Source of the DNA: Vicugna vicugna
Taxonomy: Eukaryota
Direction: 5' to 3'
Assembly (NCBI GenBank): GCA_013265495.1
Contig: MU057887.1
Span: forward strand, 3,807,668 to 3,871,667
Length of the DNA: 64,000 bases
The translations under genes and the position numbers were made by a program. A model generated the notes under the pieces. That model was not told where the DNA came from, did no database searches, and worked only from the letters and a program-made list of their open reading frames with translations. Shown one piece after another: positions 13,280-25,995 of this stretch (positions are counted from its first letter, which is position 1; each line of letters opens with the position of its first letter).

Positions 13280-14400
13280 CCTGGAGGGGCGCTGAGGAGA
13301 CGCCCCGCAGTGTCCGCCTGCCCGCTGCCCCAGGGAGGGGTGCCAGTCCGCGACACCGGGCGGGCGGGGGCCTCGGCGCCCACAGTGGCGGCCAGGCTTT
13401 GGTAGGGAGCAGAGAGCGACTGCGGGAAGCGGGCGAGGAAACCCCTCTCCCGGGGCGGCTCTGGGACCACGCGCCTGGAAGAGGGGGGCCCGGGACGCCG
13501 CAGGTCCCAGGCGGTCTCCACCGCGCGCGGCCGCCCCCGCGCCCAGGGCGAGGGTAGCCCCCGGCTCAGCCACCCCCGCCTCCCCACCCTGAGGACGTGG
13601 AGGGACCAGTCATTGTTCATTCATTTTATTTAATTTAAATATTTTTTGCAAAGTCATCGTCGGCGCCGCATCTGCGTGCGGGGAGAGGGGGGGCGGAGCC
13701 ACGGCGCGAGTTGCCGCAGGTAAACAGCCCCCTCCCCGCGGCGGGACAGCAGCCGCCGCCCGCCGCTCGGGGCGGGGGTCCCGCCGCCGCCCCCGCCGGA
13801 AGGACACGCCACGCNNNNNNNNNNNNNNNNNNNNNNNNNNNNNNNNNNNNNNNNNNNNNNNNNNNNNNNGGCGGCCCGACCCCTGCCCGCGGGGCGGCGG
13901 CGGAGCGCCCCCCCACCGCCGCCGCGGGCCCCGCGCCCCCCGCGCCCCCCATGCACCACCTCCTGGAGCAGTCCGCGGACATGGCGACGGCGCTGCTGGC
14001 CGGCGAGAAGCTGCGCGAGCTGATCCTGCCGGGCGCGCAGGACGACAAGGCGGGCGCGCTGGCCGCGCTGCTGTTGCAGCTCAAGCTGGAGCTGCCGTTC
14101 GACCGCGTGGTCACCATCGGCACCGTGCTCGTCCCCATCCTGCTGGTCACCCTGGTCTTCACCAAGAACTTCGCAGGTGAGGCCGGGGGCACGGCGGGAG
14201 GGGCGCGTGCTCTCTCCAACACCCTCGCAGCTGCAGCCGGCCGCGGGCCACCCCGCTGGAGCCTGCGAGTGAGGGCGGTGCCCGGGTCTCCCCGCAGACC
14301 CTCCGCACTCCACCTGCCCCCACCCCGTCCCTGCATGGGTCGCCGCGGCTGCCTCCCAGACGCCTCTCCTCCGATTTACTGATTTCACCTTCCATTCGCT
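13280..14400. promoter_or_regulatory. PANX2 promoter / exon 1 CpG island
   Basis: Dense CpG and GC boxes around ATG 13951; contains a 55-N gap (13815-13869). Confidence 0.85.
13815..13869. other. Assembly gap (55 N)
   Basis: Run of N in the PANX2 promoter/5' UTR. Confidence 1.
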
Positions 14401-17400
14401 CACCGTGAGCAGGGGGCTGGGGGGACTGACTTGGACCTGGTGGTCCCAGGAGAAAATGAGACTTTGGCTAGGGAAGAAGAGGGGACCAGGAGGGGGAGTG
14501 AGCAGGGTCTGAGGGAAGGAGTGGCCAGTGGGGACCAGGAGAGGACGTTACAGAGGATGAGGACACCCATGCTGCTGGGCCACGTCCTGGGGCTGGACAT
14601 GGGGTGAAGACCCCTGAGAAAGAAGTGGTCAGATTCTGGTCGGCTACTGGGGTTGCCAGGGAGCCTGGGAACGTGGTGGGCAGATGCCTGTGAGGCCAGG
14701 CAGGGCCTGGAGGAGCATCAGGCAGTGGTGGGCTGAGCAGGAGGCCCGGAGCCTGTGAGGGCTTATGCAGGTAGAAGAGGGAACTGGACAAGGGCAGTGA
14801 CCAGAACAGAGTGGACGTTATGCGACATGGAAGCCTTACGTCAACATACACGGTCCTGATTAGATTTTGTGCATCGTGGGGGCACCTGGAGGGCCTCCTA
14901 ACGAGGAGTGACCCCAGGTGAGGCAGGAAGGTGGACAGAAGGTGGTGAGCCAGCCAATGATTCCTGGGGACATGGAGGAAAGGGAGGGCACTCCCGGGTG
15001 CCACCGCACTCCCCACGGGTCGGGGCGTGGGGACAGGAAACCCCCCCACCCAAGGGGTCTCAGAGCCCAGGTGTCTAGGGAGGTCCCTCCACAGCCGTGC
15101 TTGAGGCCAGGGGCGCCAGCCAGGGGCAGAGAGAGCCCCTCAAGGAGGGAGAGGTGCGGACAGATGGACAATCGGGCAGACGTTCTCGCATCCTGCACTG
15201 AGTCTTTCACAAAGGACTCACATTTTAGGGTCCCTATGACCTGGGGATGCCAGACCTGGGGTGGACAGGCTCCTTGTCCCTTTGCTGGGGCCAGGACCAC
15301 GCCGGGTAGCACACTCCACGGGGGCCCGGGTGTAAGTCCAGGTGTGCACAGATGTCGCCGTTTCCTGGGGCGAGGAAATCTTGTTCCAGGTCACAGAGCA
15401 AAGAGGGGGAGCAGCAGCTTCACGAGTCCTTAACTTGCTGATGTCCTGCAACTGCACTCACTCCTGATTCCCGCAGTTTGTGGGAGTGCCTCTTGCTCTC
15501 CTGAAGCCGAGTCCCTCTACCTGGCACTCCTTAGCCTCAAATGCCTCTCACAGAACTCGGAAGTCCCAGGGTCTCCTCTCCAGACACGAGGGCAGTGGGG
15601 GACTTGCAGATGGGAGCCACATGTCCACAGGGTGGACTTCCGGGGTGGCCCAGCCTACAGGTGGGGATCCCTAAGAGGTGGCAGAGCTGCAAGGGGGCAG
15701 CAAGGTCAGAAGCTCTGCCCCTCAAGGGGCACGGGAGGGCCTCAACCTGCCTCCCCTCCAACAGGGGCACACCGGCCCTGGCCCCTAGGCCCGGTGTCAG
15801 CAGCTGCCTTCGAGGGTCAGAGCCCAAGAATGGGGTCCCGCGTGTGTTCTGCCCCTGCCGGAAGGGTCCATGCCCATCCCCTGGGAGCCCAGCTTGGATG
15901 GAGGGGTCCCAGCACTCACCCCCAGTGCGCAGGACAAGGTCCACCCCTTCTGCCCGTTGGAGACCTGGGCTCGCAGCAGCTGGCTGGCCAGGTTGTGGTG
16001 AGGGGCCAGCCAGGTGGCACTGGCGTTCTAGCCTGGGTCCTCCCTGAACACCAGGGCCTGGGCATGGCCCCAGGCTGGATGGTGGCCAATGGCGGGAAGA
16101 CCCTGGTGGCTCCTGGCCAGTAACAGGGGACAGAGGAGAGCTGAAGGATGACCGGGTTCTGTGGACAGTGTGTGGGCCCTGGGCCGAGAGGACCAACAGT
16201 TGCTTTTTCCTAAGATGGCCGAGTACAGGCAGACCTCGTTTTACCGCGCTTCAGGCCCTGCGTTTCTCACAAATGGGAGGTCTGTGACCGCCCGGCATTG
16301 AACTAGTCTACTGGTGCCATCTTTCCAACAGCGTTTGCTCAGTTCTCACAATATTCTCACAATATTTCAAACTTTTTCATTATTACTGCACTTGTTACAG
16401 TGAGCTGTGATCAGTGATCTCTGACCTGACTATTGCAAAAAGATTACTACTTGCTGAAGGCTCAGAGAATGGTTGGTATCTTTTAGCAATAAAATATCTT
16501 TTAATCAAATTATGCATTGGTTTTTAAGGCTTGCACACAGTATGTAGACGTGGTCTAGTGTAAGAGTAATTTCTGTTTGCACTGGGAAACCGAGTTTGTG
16601 TGACTCGCTTTATTGTGCTACTTGCTTCTTTGTGGCGGTCTGGACCAGCCCTGCAGTGTCTCGGAGGCCTGCCTGCAGTGGGTGCCCTACGGTCATGAAG
16701 GGTCCCCGAGGTGTGCTCACCCCAGCTCGGGAGAGGCAGCGAGCACTTTGCCCGCTGAGGACTGGTGAGCTGCGGGTCCCTGTGCCAGTGGGTTCCTGGG
16801 GACCCAGTCTCCAGGGTGGGTCTTTGAGAAGTGAGCCCCCTCCCCACCTAGCCAGCTCAGGAAGAGCTGAGACGGCCCCCCGACCTTGGGGCAGCCCAGG
16901 ACCCCCCCCTTTGGTGGCCTCTGAGGGTCTCCTCTCCCTTCTAACTCTAACTTCTAACTCGCTCTAACAAATGACCACAAACTTAGTGGCTCAAAGTAGC
17001 AGGAATTTATCATTTACGGCCAAGCAGCTCAGAAGTCTGAAGCGAGTCAAGGTGTGGGTGTAGCTGGCTGTGGAGGCTCCAGTGAGAAGCCAGCTCCTTG
17101 CCTGTCCCAGCTTTGAGAGCTGCCCCTTCCCCAGCCCCTCCTCCACCTCCAGGGCCACTGAGCACATCTTCTCTTCTCTCTGTCCCCTGTTCCATCCTCA
17201 CGCTCACTCTCATTCTCACCTTCCTGCCTCCCTCTTAGAAGAACCCCTGTGCTCACATCAGGCCCACCCAGATAATCTAGAACCATCATCTACCAGCAAG
17301 AACCCTAAGCTAACCCCAGTCTCTGTGGAGAGCTACCTAGTTGCAGGGTTGGGAAGCTGGCCAAAGCAGCCTTGTGGCGTCTGGGAAGGGTCTGGACCTC

Positions 17401-20400
17401 GCCCGGGGCGGGGGGCTGGGAGGAGAAGAGGGGGGGCAGGAGCCAACTCTAGGGGTGCCTGAGGCAGGGTTCTGCCAGCCCGAGGAGCAGCCTCGGCTGA
17501 GCAGGGGGCCTAAGAGGCGGCTGCCCCCACCACGTGGAACAGGGGCTGGTGTGGGCAGGATGGCGCAGGCAGCTCCACGTCTGGAAGGGTCCTCGGGATG
17601 TGCGGGTCGGGGAGCCAACTCAGAGGGGGTGGGGCCGCTGCTGTGGAGGGCCGGGCCAGGCCTGATGGGAGTAGCGCAGACTGGTCCTTCCTGAGGCTGC
17701 CCTGGCCCGGCTCTTCCCGCTTTCCCCGCGATGCCGTCGTTGGCCCTGTGCACTCAGTGGTGGGGTTTCCAGGGGCCCCAGGTCTGGAGCCCCACAGTGC
17801 CAGCCTCTCAGGAGAGGTGCCCTCGGCAAGTTGGCCAGGTCTGCATGTCCCCATCAGACATCTGTGCTGTCACCACTGTGTTGGAGCACCCTGCACTGGG
17901 GTCCCCTTGGCTCAGCGGTTGGCCCCACCCAGAGCCAGGCCCAGCGCGCAGGCCCCTGAAGCGTGAGCCAGGACACGCAGCCACAGCTTCTCCTGCCGTG
18001 TGCACCCTGAGCGCCTGCAGGCAGGACGGGTGCCGGCTCTGCTGGGCTGTCGGGGTGCCGTCTGCTTTGCAGGTGTAGGCAGATGGAGGAAGGACAGAGC
18101 CCCCAGAGATGTGCCCACGGGGTCCCAGGGCTGGGCCTCTCCTGAGCCAGGGCTCGTCCCTCCTCCCCTGCCAGCAGACACAGAGGCGGCAGACGTGAGA
18201 GGATACGGGGAGCCCGTGGGGGCCCTGCTCCTCTGTGCCTGCAGCATGGGGTACAGGCCCCCCACGCCCCAGAGCTGGGGCCTGCGCTCGTGGTCCAGTG
18301 GTCCTCCAGGGCGGGCCTCCCACCGCCCTGTCCTTTTCCCCTAGTGGAGAGCGTCTGCCCTGGGGTCGGCTGTGGGGACAAAAGTAAGTGAATAAAATGC
18401 CATCTTCTCAACCACAAGGGTTCAGTCATGTCCCTCTTCCATGTTTCTCTGAGCCCAGCTCACCACTCGGTCCCAAGTCTGTGTCCTCGTCAGGGACCTT
18501 GAGCTGTGGGTACCGGCTCTTCGTGACCTGCCCATCCGTGGCCAAGCCCCCATCTCTGTGCCCATGGCAGCAGCTTCCTCATAGATCCCCTTGACCACCT
18601 CCAACTGTGTCTGAACCAAGCTACCCTGCCCACCCACTTCTGCCCCTAAGCCCTCCGGGACTCCCCAGTGCCCTCTAGGTGGAGTCCGAGGGCCAGCTGC
18701 CATAGCTGTGGGACCATGCCACCTGGAACGCCCAGGTGTGGGGCTGTTGTGCTGGTGGCAGTGCTGTGGGGTCTGCACAGGTAAGAGGCCAGGCGACCTC
18801 CCAATGCCAGGGCCGCAGGCACTTGTGAGGTCTCTGGCCAGATATGTAGCCAGCCGCCGTCCCTAGCCCCCTCGGCCCCTGCGAGGTACAGCAGTGACCG
18901 TCTGCCTCTCCCAGCCTCAAAGGCCAGGCTCAGAGTGGAGCAGGCCTTGTGGTGGGGGTGGGGCCTGCACAGACAGGCATGGGAGTCCCTGCTGCTTCCT
19001 CGTGTCAAGCCTTGGATGTGAGAGGCTTAAGCTGGGGCCGAGGGAGACTGAGCAGACCTGGGGGCCTTCTTTGGGATGAGACAGAGTCCAGGCTAGGGCC
19101 ACAGCATGTGGGTGGGGCGGGGGGGGATGACCTCTTGTCAGTGGGACGGTGTCGTTGGGCTGGGGGCCCAGGGCTCTTGGCTGCCAGGAGGTCACGTGCC
19201 CCCTGTCCATAGTGAGAGGGGCTGGAGTCTGGCCAGACAGCGGCGTGGCCCAGCCTTGAGGGGCCGTGAACATCCTGCACTAAGGATGGCTGGAGCCTGT
19301 GAAGCTCTCCCCCCCGGAAGTGTTCAAACATGAGACCCATCGTGGGGCCCGGTGCCTCACATGTCCTCATCTGGGAGGGAAAGCAGTTCCGTGATGACCG
19401 TCTTTCCTGCAGTTGGAGAGAGCATGCCCCCAGCACTGTCTCAGTGGCAGACACTGCAGTCCCACCGGTAAAGGCTTCCTGTTGGAGCCCAGGGCCCCCA
19501 GGCCTGCCCTTCCTAGGACAGTGCGGGTCCTGGGGAGACTCGCCTCCCCTCTCAAGGTCCGCCAGGGCCACGTTTGTTTTCCTTTGGTTATTTTCACCAG
19601 AACTGTCTCTGGCCAGGTAGGACCTGTCTAGGACACCTGCACTCCTAAGGATGGAGCCCGGGGCAGTGCCAGGCCAGGGGCTAGTCCAGCTGTGTTGATG
19701 GAGGAGGGACCCTGGATGAGTGGTGTGGCTTGTCCTGTCCGCTTTGGGACTCAGTTTCGCGGTGTGTACCCGGAGACTTTACGGCATTTGGAGAGGGGCC
19801 TGAGGCTCCAAGGGCAGGTTGGTCCCCAGGGCTGGGGTAGGCATGACTGCACCCTCCACCCTCAACCCACCTCTGCCTGTGCCATAGCTGATAACGGCAT
19901 GTACGGGGCGAGAGGGGAGCCAGGGTGAGATCTCTCATGTCTCCTTGGCTGAGACAGTGAAGGAAAGCCACCTGGAGCTGGAGGGTTTGTTACCCGGACA
20001 GCAGACCCTGTGCAGGCTGCTGTGCTGGAGGGGGCTCAGGGCGGGGCAGAAGGGAGGGGCCTGATGCCCCAGCCCCAGCCCCCTCTCCTCTCTGCCCCTA
20101 GAGGAGCCCATTTACTGCTACACACCGCACAACTTCACCCGGGACCAGGCGCTGTACGCCCGCGGCTACTGCTGGACGGAGCTGCGGGACGCGCTGCCGG
20201 GTGTGGACGCCAGCCTGTGGCCGTCGCTGTTTGAGCACAAGCTGCTGCCCTACTCGCTGCTGGCCTTCGCGGCCATCATGTACGTGCCCGCGCTGGGCTG
20301 GGAGTTCCTGGCATCCACGCGCCTCACCTCAGAGCTCAACTTCCTGCTTCAGGAGATCGACAACTGCTACCATCGGGCGGCCGAGGGCCGCGCGCCCAAG

Positions 20401-22313
20401 ATCGAGAAGCAGATCCAGTCCAAGGGGCCCGGCATCACGGAGCGCGAGCGGCGCGAGATCATCGAGAACGCAGAGAAGGAGAAGAGCCCTGAGCAGAACC
20501 TGTTCGAGAAGTACCTGGAGCGCCGCGGCCGCAGCAACTTTCTAGCCAAGCTCTACCTAGCGCGGCACCTGCTCATCCTGCTGCTCAGCGTGGCGCCCAT
20601 CTCTTACCTGTGCACCTACTACGCCACCCAGAAGCAGAACGAGTTCACCTGCGCGCTGGGCGCAGCCCCGGGAGGCGGGGGCCCGGCGGTGCGCGTCAGC
20701 TGCAAGCTGCCGTCCGTGCAGCTGCAGCGCATCGTGGCGGGCGTGGACATCGTGCNNNNNNNNNNNNNNNNNNNNNNNNNNNNNNNNNNNNNNNNNNNNN
20801 NNNNNNNNNNNNNNNNNNNNNNNNNNNNNNNNNNNNNNNNNNNNNNNNNNNNNNNNNNNNNNNNNNNNNNNNNNNNNNNNNNNNNNNNNNNNNNNNNNNN
20901 NNNNNNNNNNNNNNNNNNNNNNNNNNNNNNNNNNNNNNNNNNNNNNNNNNNNNNNNNNNNNNNNNNNNNNNNNNNNNNNNNNNNNNNNNNNGACAACGTG
21001 GTGCGGCAGCTGCTGGCCGCTCTCGCCCAGTCCAACCACGACGCCACGCCCACCGTGCGCGACGCGGGCGTGCAGACCGTGGACCCCAGTGCCAACCCCG
21101 CCGAGCCCGACGGCGCCGCCGAGCCGCCGGTGGTCAAGCGGCCCCGCAAGAAGATGAAGTGGATCCCCTCCGGCAACCCGCTGCCCCAGCCCTTCAAGGA
21201 GCCGCTGGCCATCATGCGCGTGGAGAACAGCAAGGCGGAGAAGCCCAAGCCCGTACGCCGCAAGACGGCCACGGACACGCTGATCGCGCCGCTGCTGGAC
21301 GCGGGCGCGCGCGCCGCGCACCACTACAAGGGCGGCGGGGGCGACGCGGGGCCCGCCCCAGACAAGAAGCACGCCCGCCACTTCTCCCTGGACGTGCACC
21401 CTTACGTCCTGGGCACCAAGAAGGCGAAGCCCGAGGCCGTGCCCGCCGCGCTGCCCGCCTCCCGGAGCCAGGACGGCGGCTTCCTGTCCCAGGCGGAGGA
21501 GTGCGCGCTGGGCCTGACCGCAGCACCCACCGCAGGTAAGGGCGGGCCGAGGGCGGGGCGGAGCCGGGCGGGCGGGGCTGGAGCGGAGGGCGGCCCCTGG
21601 AGGCCGCAGGGAAGGGAGGACGACCCCAGCAATGCTCCCCAGACGGCTTGCACCTGGGAGCTGTTTGAAAGAGGTTAAGGACTGAGCCAGCTGGATGGAA
21701 GCAGGGACGGGCAGGCGGGACCCTGGAGGGCCCTGTGAAACAGACGGGATGAAGGCTGGGCCGCGGGCTGGCGGGGACACAGTAAGGTGGTAACGTTGAG
21801 AAGGTTCTGGAAATGGGCGCTGCTGCTCCTGGGCGAGTCCACCCAGCCAGGCCGCTGTGTGCCAGAGCTGCAGAACCCCGAGTCCCAGCCGCCCAGGTGA
21901 GGGGAGGGGACCGGAAGGCGGGGTAGAGAGGGAGGCCTGCACAGGCTCTGTGCTCTGGGCTGTTTGCAGACGCGCCCTTGCCGGAGAAGGAAATCCTGTT
22001 CCCAGCAGAGCCAGCCCTGGCCGCACTTCCCTCGGGGGGCCCTTTTCACGTCTGCTCGCCCCCTGCAGCCCCCGCCACGGCCCCGCTGTCCCCAGCCAGC
22101 CTGAGTAAGGCTGATCCTCTGGCCATTCTGAGCCGCAACGCCACCCACCCGCTGCTGCACATCAGCACCCTATACGAGGCCCGGGAGGAGGAGGACGGGG
22201 CCCCACGAGCACCTCCGGACGTGGGCGGCCTCATCACCATCCCTCCCCCACAGCAGATCCTCATCGCCACATTCGACGAGCCAAGGACAGTAGTGAGTAC
22301 CGTGGAGTTCTGA
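13951..22313 (+). CDS. PANX2: Pannexin-2 (3 coding exons, about 667 aa)
   Basis: Exon 1 13951-14176 (MHHLLEQSADMATALL...TKNFA|gtgagg); exon 2 20102-21535 (EEPIYCYTPHNFTRDQ..., with 236 N); exon 3 21970-22313 (...EPRTVVSTVEF TGA). 226+1434+344=2004 nt, in frame. Confidence 0.98.
16226..16675 (+). mobile_element. Tigger1-derived non-autonomous DNA transposon (TcMar-Tigger)
   Basis: TIRs CAGGCAGACCTC / GAGGCCTGCCTG, preceded by TA. Internal CAATATTTCAAACTTTTTCATTATT and GACTCGCTTTATTG match recalled Tigger1 ends. Confidence 0.85.
16950..17370 (-). mobile_element. MLT1-family MaLR LTR remnant
   Basis: AACAAATGACCACAAACTTAGTGGCT...GGAATTTATC and GGCCCACCCAGATAATC match recalled MLT1 consensus. 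Ends approximate. Confidence 0.75.
20756..20991. other. Assembly gap (236 N) inside PANX2 exon 2
   Basis: Run of N between ...VDIV and DNVV...; frame is preserved across it. Confidence 1.
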
Positions 22314-22890
22314 GGGGACGGGGCTGCCCAGGCCTTCCATGCCCCTCTGCATGATCGCGGAGTGCCACTGACCCCAGCTGGCCCCGCACATACACGGCCT
22401 CAGCTTCACCCAGCACTGCCCACACCCCCCGACCTCCTGTCCGCATGCCACGGGGCTCAGCACCTCTCCCACCCGGCCCCCTAGATGGCATCGTTGGGGC
22501 GCTGGCTGGGCCAGGGGCTGGCCGTGACCCCAGTGGAGCCCCCAGCCAGAAAGGCCTGGAGCCACCCTCTCCCTTGCATCAGGCGCTCGGCTGCAAGATG
22601 AAGAATTTATTTTTTTAGTTGATTTTGTCTTGCCTGGGGTGGGCATGCTGGCCCGCGAGGGGCAGGGCGGTGGCAGGATGACTCAGGAGGGGCTGGGGCT
22701 GGCGGCACCTCTGGGGCTTGCCCTCTGCAGACACCAGGACCCCTTCATGGGAGGGGCTGGGGTCCGCCATCCAGTCAGAGATCAACATGCACTTTCTCCT
22801 TGTTCCCGACACCCCTGTACTTCACTACGATTACTGTAACTAGTGAGTGTGCTTACTATCAGGAGGCTCAGGATGCATCCCAAAGGATGG

Positions 22891-22980
22891 CCTGTGTGAG
22901 TGTGCGTGAGTGCGAGCGCGCGGGCGTGCCAGCGGCCGTGTGCGTGACTGGGTAAGCGTGCGAGTGTGTGTGCGAGTGGG
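22891..22980 (+). repeat. Degenerate (TG/CG)n purine-pyrimidine repeat in PANX2 3' UTR
   Basis: gtgtgagtgtgcgtgagtgcgagcgcgcgggcgtg...gtgtgtgcgagtg. Confidence 0.7.
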
Positions 22981-23188
22981 CACAGGGTTGAGGCCGGGAG
23001 TGGGCGCCAGCGTGCCCATGAGGGAAGGAATCCAATGCAATAACTACGTCCCCTCCAAGCCACCAGCCCCCAGCCCGAGGGTCCACGGCGCTCTGTGGGA
23101 GCCCAGGGCCGGCGCTGGGCGGGTCTATCCCTATTACCTCAGCCACGCGACAACGTGACAGTATTAACAAGGTAGCACCGAGCATATC

Positions 23189-23194
23189 AATAAA
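23189..23194 (+). terminator. PANX2 polyadenylation signal AATAAA
   Basis: First AATAAA after the PANX2 stop (about 875 nt of UTR), in an AT-rich block. Confidence 0.8.
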
Positions 23195-25879
23195 TACTAT
23201 TCTGATACCCCTGAGTCCTGAGTGGTCCATCCTGCTGGAGCCTCCTGCATCCAGGGCCCCGCCCAAGCTGCACATCTGGGGAGGGCTGCATCCACGGCAG
23301 AACAAGGGCACACGGCTGCCACTTGCAGCTGACGTTGTGGCCTCCTGGGCCCCAGGGGAATGGACACAGCCTCAGTGGAGAGGAATGCATCCCCTCCCCG
23401 GGAAGCCGACATCTCCATCAGATGTGGTGGGACGGGGCTGCCAGGTGCCCTTGGGGGAACAGCAAGAGCTAGCAGGACTCAGGAAGGCTCTCCGAAGAGA
23501 CGCCCTGAATGTGGTCTGATGGTGCTCACGTCACCAGGGTCGAGAGTAGGGGGGGCCTTCCTTACCAGGTCAGGATGCAGGTGGAGATGAGGCTGGTCCG
23601 TGGATGCACCAAGGAGTCACACACCCCGCAGGCCATGGAAGGAGACCCCAAGGGTCTGAAGAGAGGCTCCTGGGGACGGGGACCTGGGGCAGCTAGGCCA
23701 GAAACCCTTGGGGGCTAGAGCAGGTGGGGTGCAGGCCCAGATCAGTGCGGGACCACCTGCTGCACCACGTGGAGGCCTGACTGGCTTGGCCTCCTTGAGG
23801 CCCCACTGCAGGCCCCGCCTGGGGCAGCCGCAAGCTGGGCAGGTAGGGCTTCCCAGCAAGGGGGACGGCCTGCACCCTAACTTGTGCTTTAAAAGTTGGT
23901 CTTTTATCATCACTCAAGTACGGTGAGGCCAAGAGATAAGGAGATGACAGCCATTATAAAGATAGTTTATCAACGGCTCCCGAGAGGCGAGGCTGCCACA
24001 CCACGGGGGCCATGCAGGGAGGCACCAGGGTGGTCGGGAGGAAGGGAGAAGGGACACGTGGGCAGGAGCCTTTCCTGTGGTTTCTCAGGAAGAAATGCAA
24101 GGCTGGGTGTGCAGGCTTGGGCCCGGCTAGCCAGAATAATCTCGGTGGGCTGCACCTAGCTGTGGGGTGCCTGGCCTGGGCGATTAGGGCCCGTGGAGGG
24201 TAGCCCCAACGACATACAGTACCCTGTGGAGGCGGGGCAGGCTGGGGTCTGGATGGCTGGTTGGTGTGTGAAGTTACTTGTTGTCTCTAGGAATTGGCTG
24301 GCTTTGGGAGGGGCGGTCTTTCCAGGGTCAGCACAGACCCAGACGGCAAAATGGGACGATTAGTACACCTGGTCCCCAGGAAGAACCCATCCTCAGCAGA
24401 GTCAGGACACTCTCCTGGGACCAGCATCTCAGGTCACGTGGCCACTGCCCCTTGGGCTGGCGCTCCCCATTTCCACGTGCACGGGGAAGGGACCCCACAG
24501 GCCCCAAGGGAGCTGACCGGGGCTTGCAGCGCTCCTCTCGGTCCCTCGCAACCAGCCCTGCTGTGATGGTGAGCCAGGCACGGGGCCAAGGGGACCCTGT
24601 GGGCAGGGTGGCCGTGCCCACCCGGGGACCCCAAGTTGTGCTGACCTCAGGCATTTCCACGGCCCCTCTGCCACTCCGAGCGGAGCTGGAGTCCAGCCCG
24701 GCCTTCCCTCCTCTGCTCATGCTGGCACGGTGGCTCTGCTCAGAGTGGAGACAGTCCCAGAGCCCTGCAGAGGGGTGTGTGCTGCCCGGCACTGTGGTGA
24801 CTCCCGAGTGCTGCTGGCCACAGAACTTCCAAACTTCCAAACGCACAGAGGTCCAGGTGGGGCTGGGCCGCGCCAGCCCCTGAACCCCGGGCTGTGTCTT
24901 TGGCAGGATGGCTCTGCCCAGGCCTGTCCCCTGAGCCAAGGCCTGGCAGGACATTTCAGACCTGGTCTCATGCAGAGGCCTGTTCCTTGCAGTAAGCATC
25001 TAGCCCTTGGTTTGTAAACTGACTCCTCGCCCTTGTTTGCTGGAGAACAGAAGGCCGCAGGTCCAGGTTCCACAGAAGCAGGCTTCTTTCTGCAGGCACC
25101 AGGGGACGCCGCCTGCCCAGTGAGTGCAGGGGCCACACCATGTGCTCAGTGTTCTTTTGATACACCGTCCAGCCCTGGACAGGGCCAGGGGGTTGCTGCC
25201 CCTCTCCCACAAGGAGGGGCTCTGGGAGAACCTGGCACCCTACCCCAGACAGCCAGGTCGGGCACCCAGGCCTCTCTCCGTGCCCACACCAGCTCAGCGT
25301 GGGCGTCTCAACCAGACTGGCTCTAGCCCAGGGCAAGAGCCTAGAGTGGACGACAGCTCTCCTGTGTGAACCGCCAAGAGGTCAGGAGGGCAGAAGTGAT
25401 CTGCGCTGGCACTAAGGAAATGAATAACGGGAACTGGACAGAGAGGGCTAGACCCGGCCGTGGACCAGAAGCGACGCACATAAGCGTCAGCCTTGAGCCC
25501 AGCCGGCTGGCCAGGTGCCTTCCCCGCACGAGGGCCACTCCCGGACTCAGAACTTGGGGGAGTCTGGGACCTGCACGGATCACCAGGGCTGAGCCAGGCA
25601 CCCCCTTCCTGGAACCCGAGGGGAGGCCCGGCACCGAGATCTGACCGCTAGTGGGCTGGCCCCGCGGGCCCAGACTAGGCAAGGGCCGGACATCCCCCGG
25701 GGCTTGGCCGCCCCATCGCCCCCGCGAACTCCAGCCGCTAGACCAACGGGTGGTCGGAGCGCCCGCACTGGTGCAATCTGCGACCCAAATTCTGCTCCCC
25801 GCCTTGCACTATCGCTGTCCCTTTCGGGCAGGATTGACAGTTTTGTATCATAGTACGTAAAGCCATCCCGCAGATGCTG

Positions 25880-25995
25880 TATGAACGGCAACCCCCTTTT
25901 ACAGACTGAGAGCTGCGGCCAGAGAATTTTAGTGCGTTTCGCAACCACCCTCCACTTGGTTGGCAGGCCTGGGACTCGAACCCGCGTCCCATAGC
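25880..25995 (-). mobile_element. MIR SINE fragment
   Basis: CCCCCTTTTACAGACTGAGAGCTGCGGCCAGAGA...GGCAGGCCTGGGACTCGAACCC resembles the MIR core/3' region. Confidence 0.55.

Noticed and set aside
20557-22026. 489-aa antisense ORF over PANX2, and similar shadow ORFs over SELENOO exon 1 and TRABD
   Set aside because: Expected by-product of GC3-rich coding sequence; low-complexity translation, no recognisable domain.
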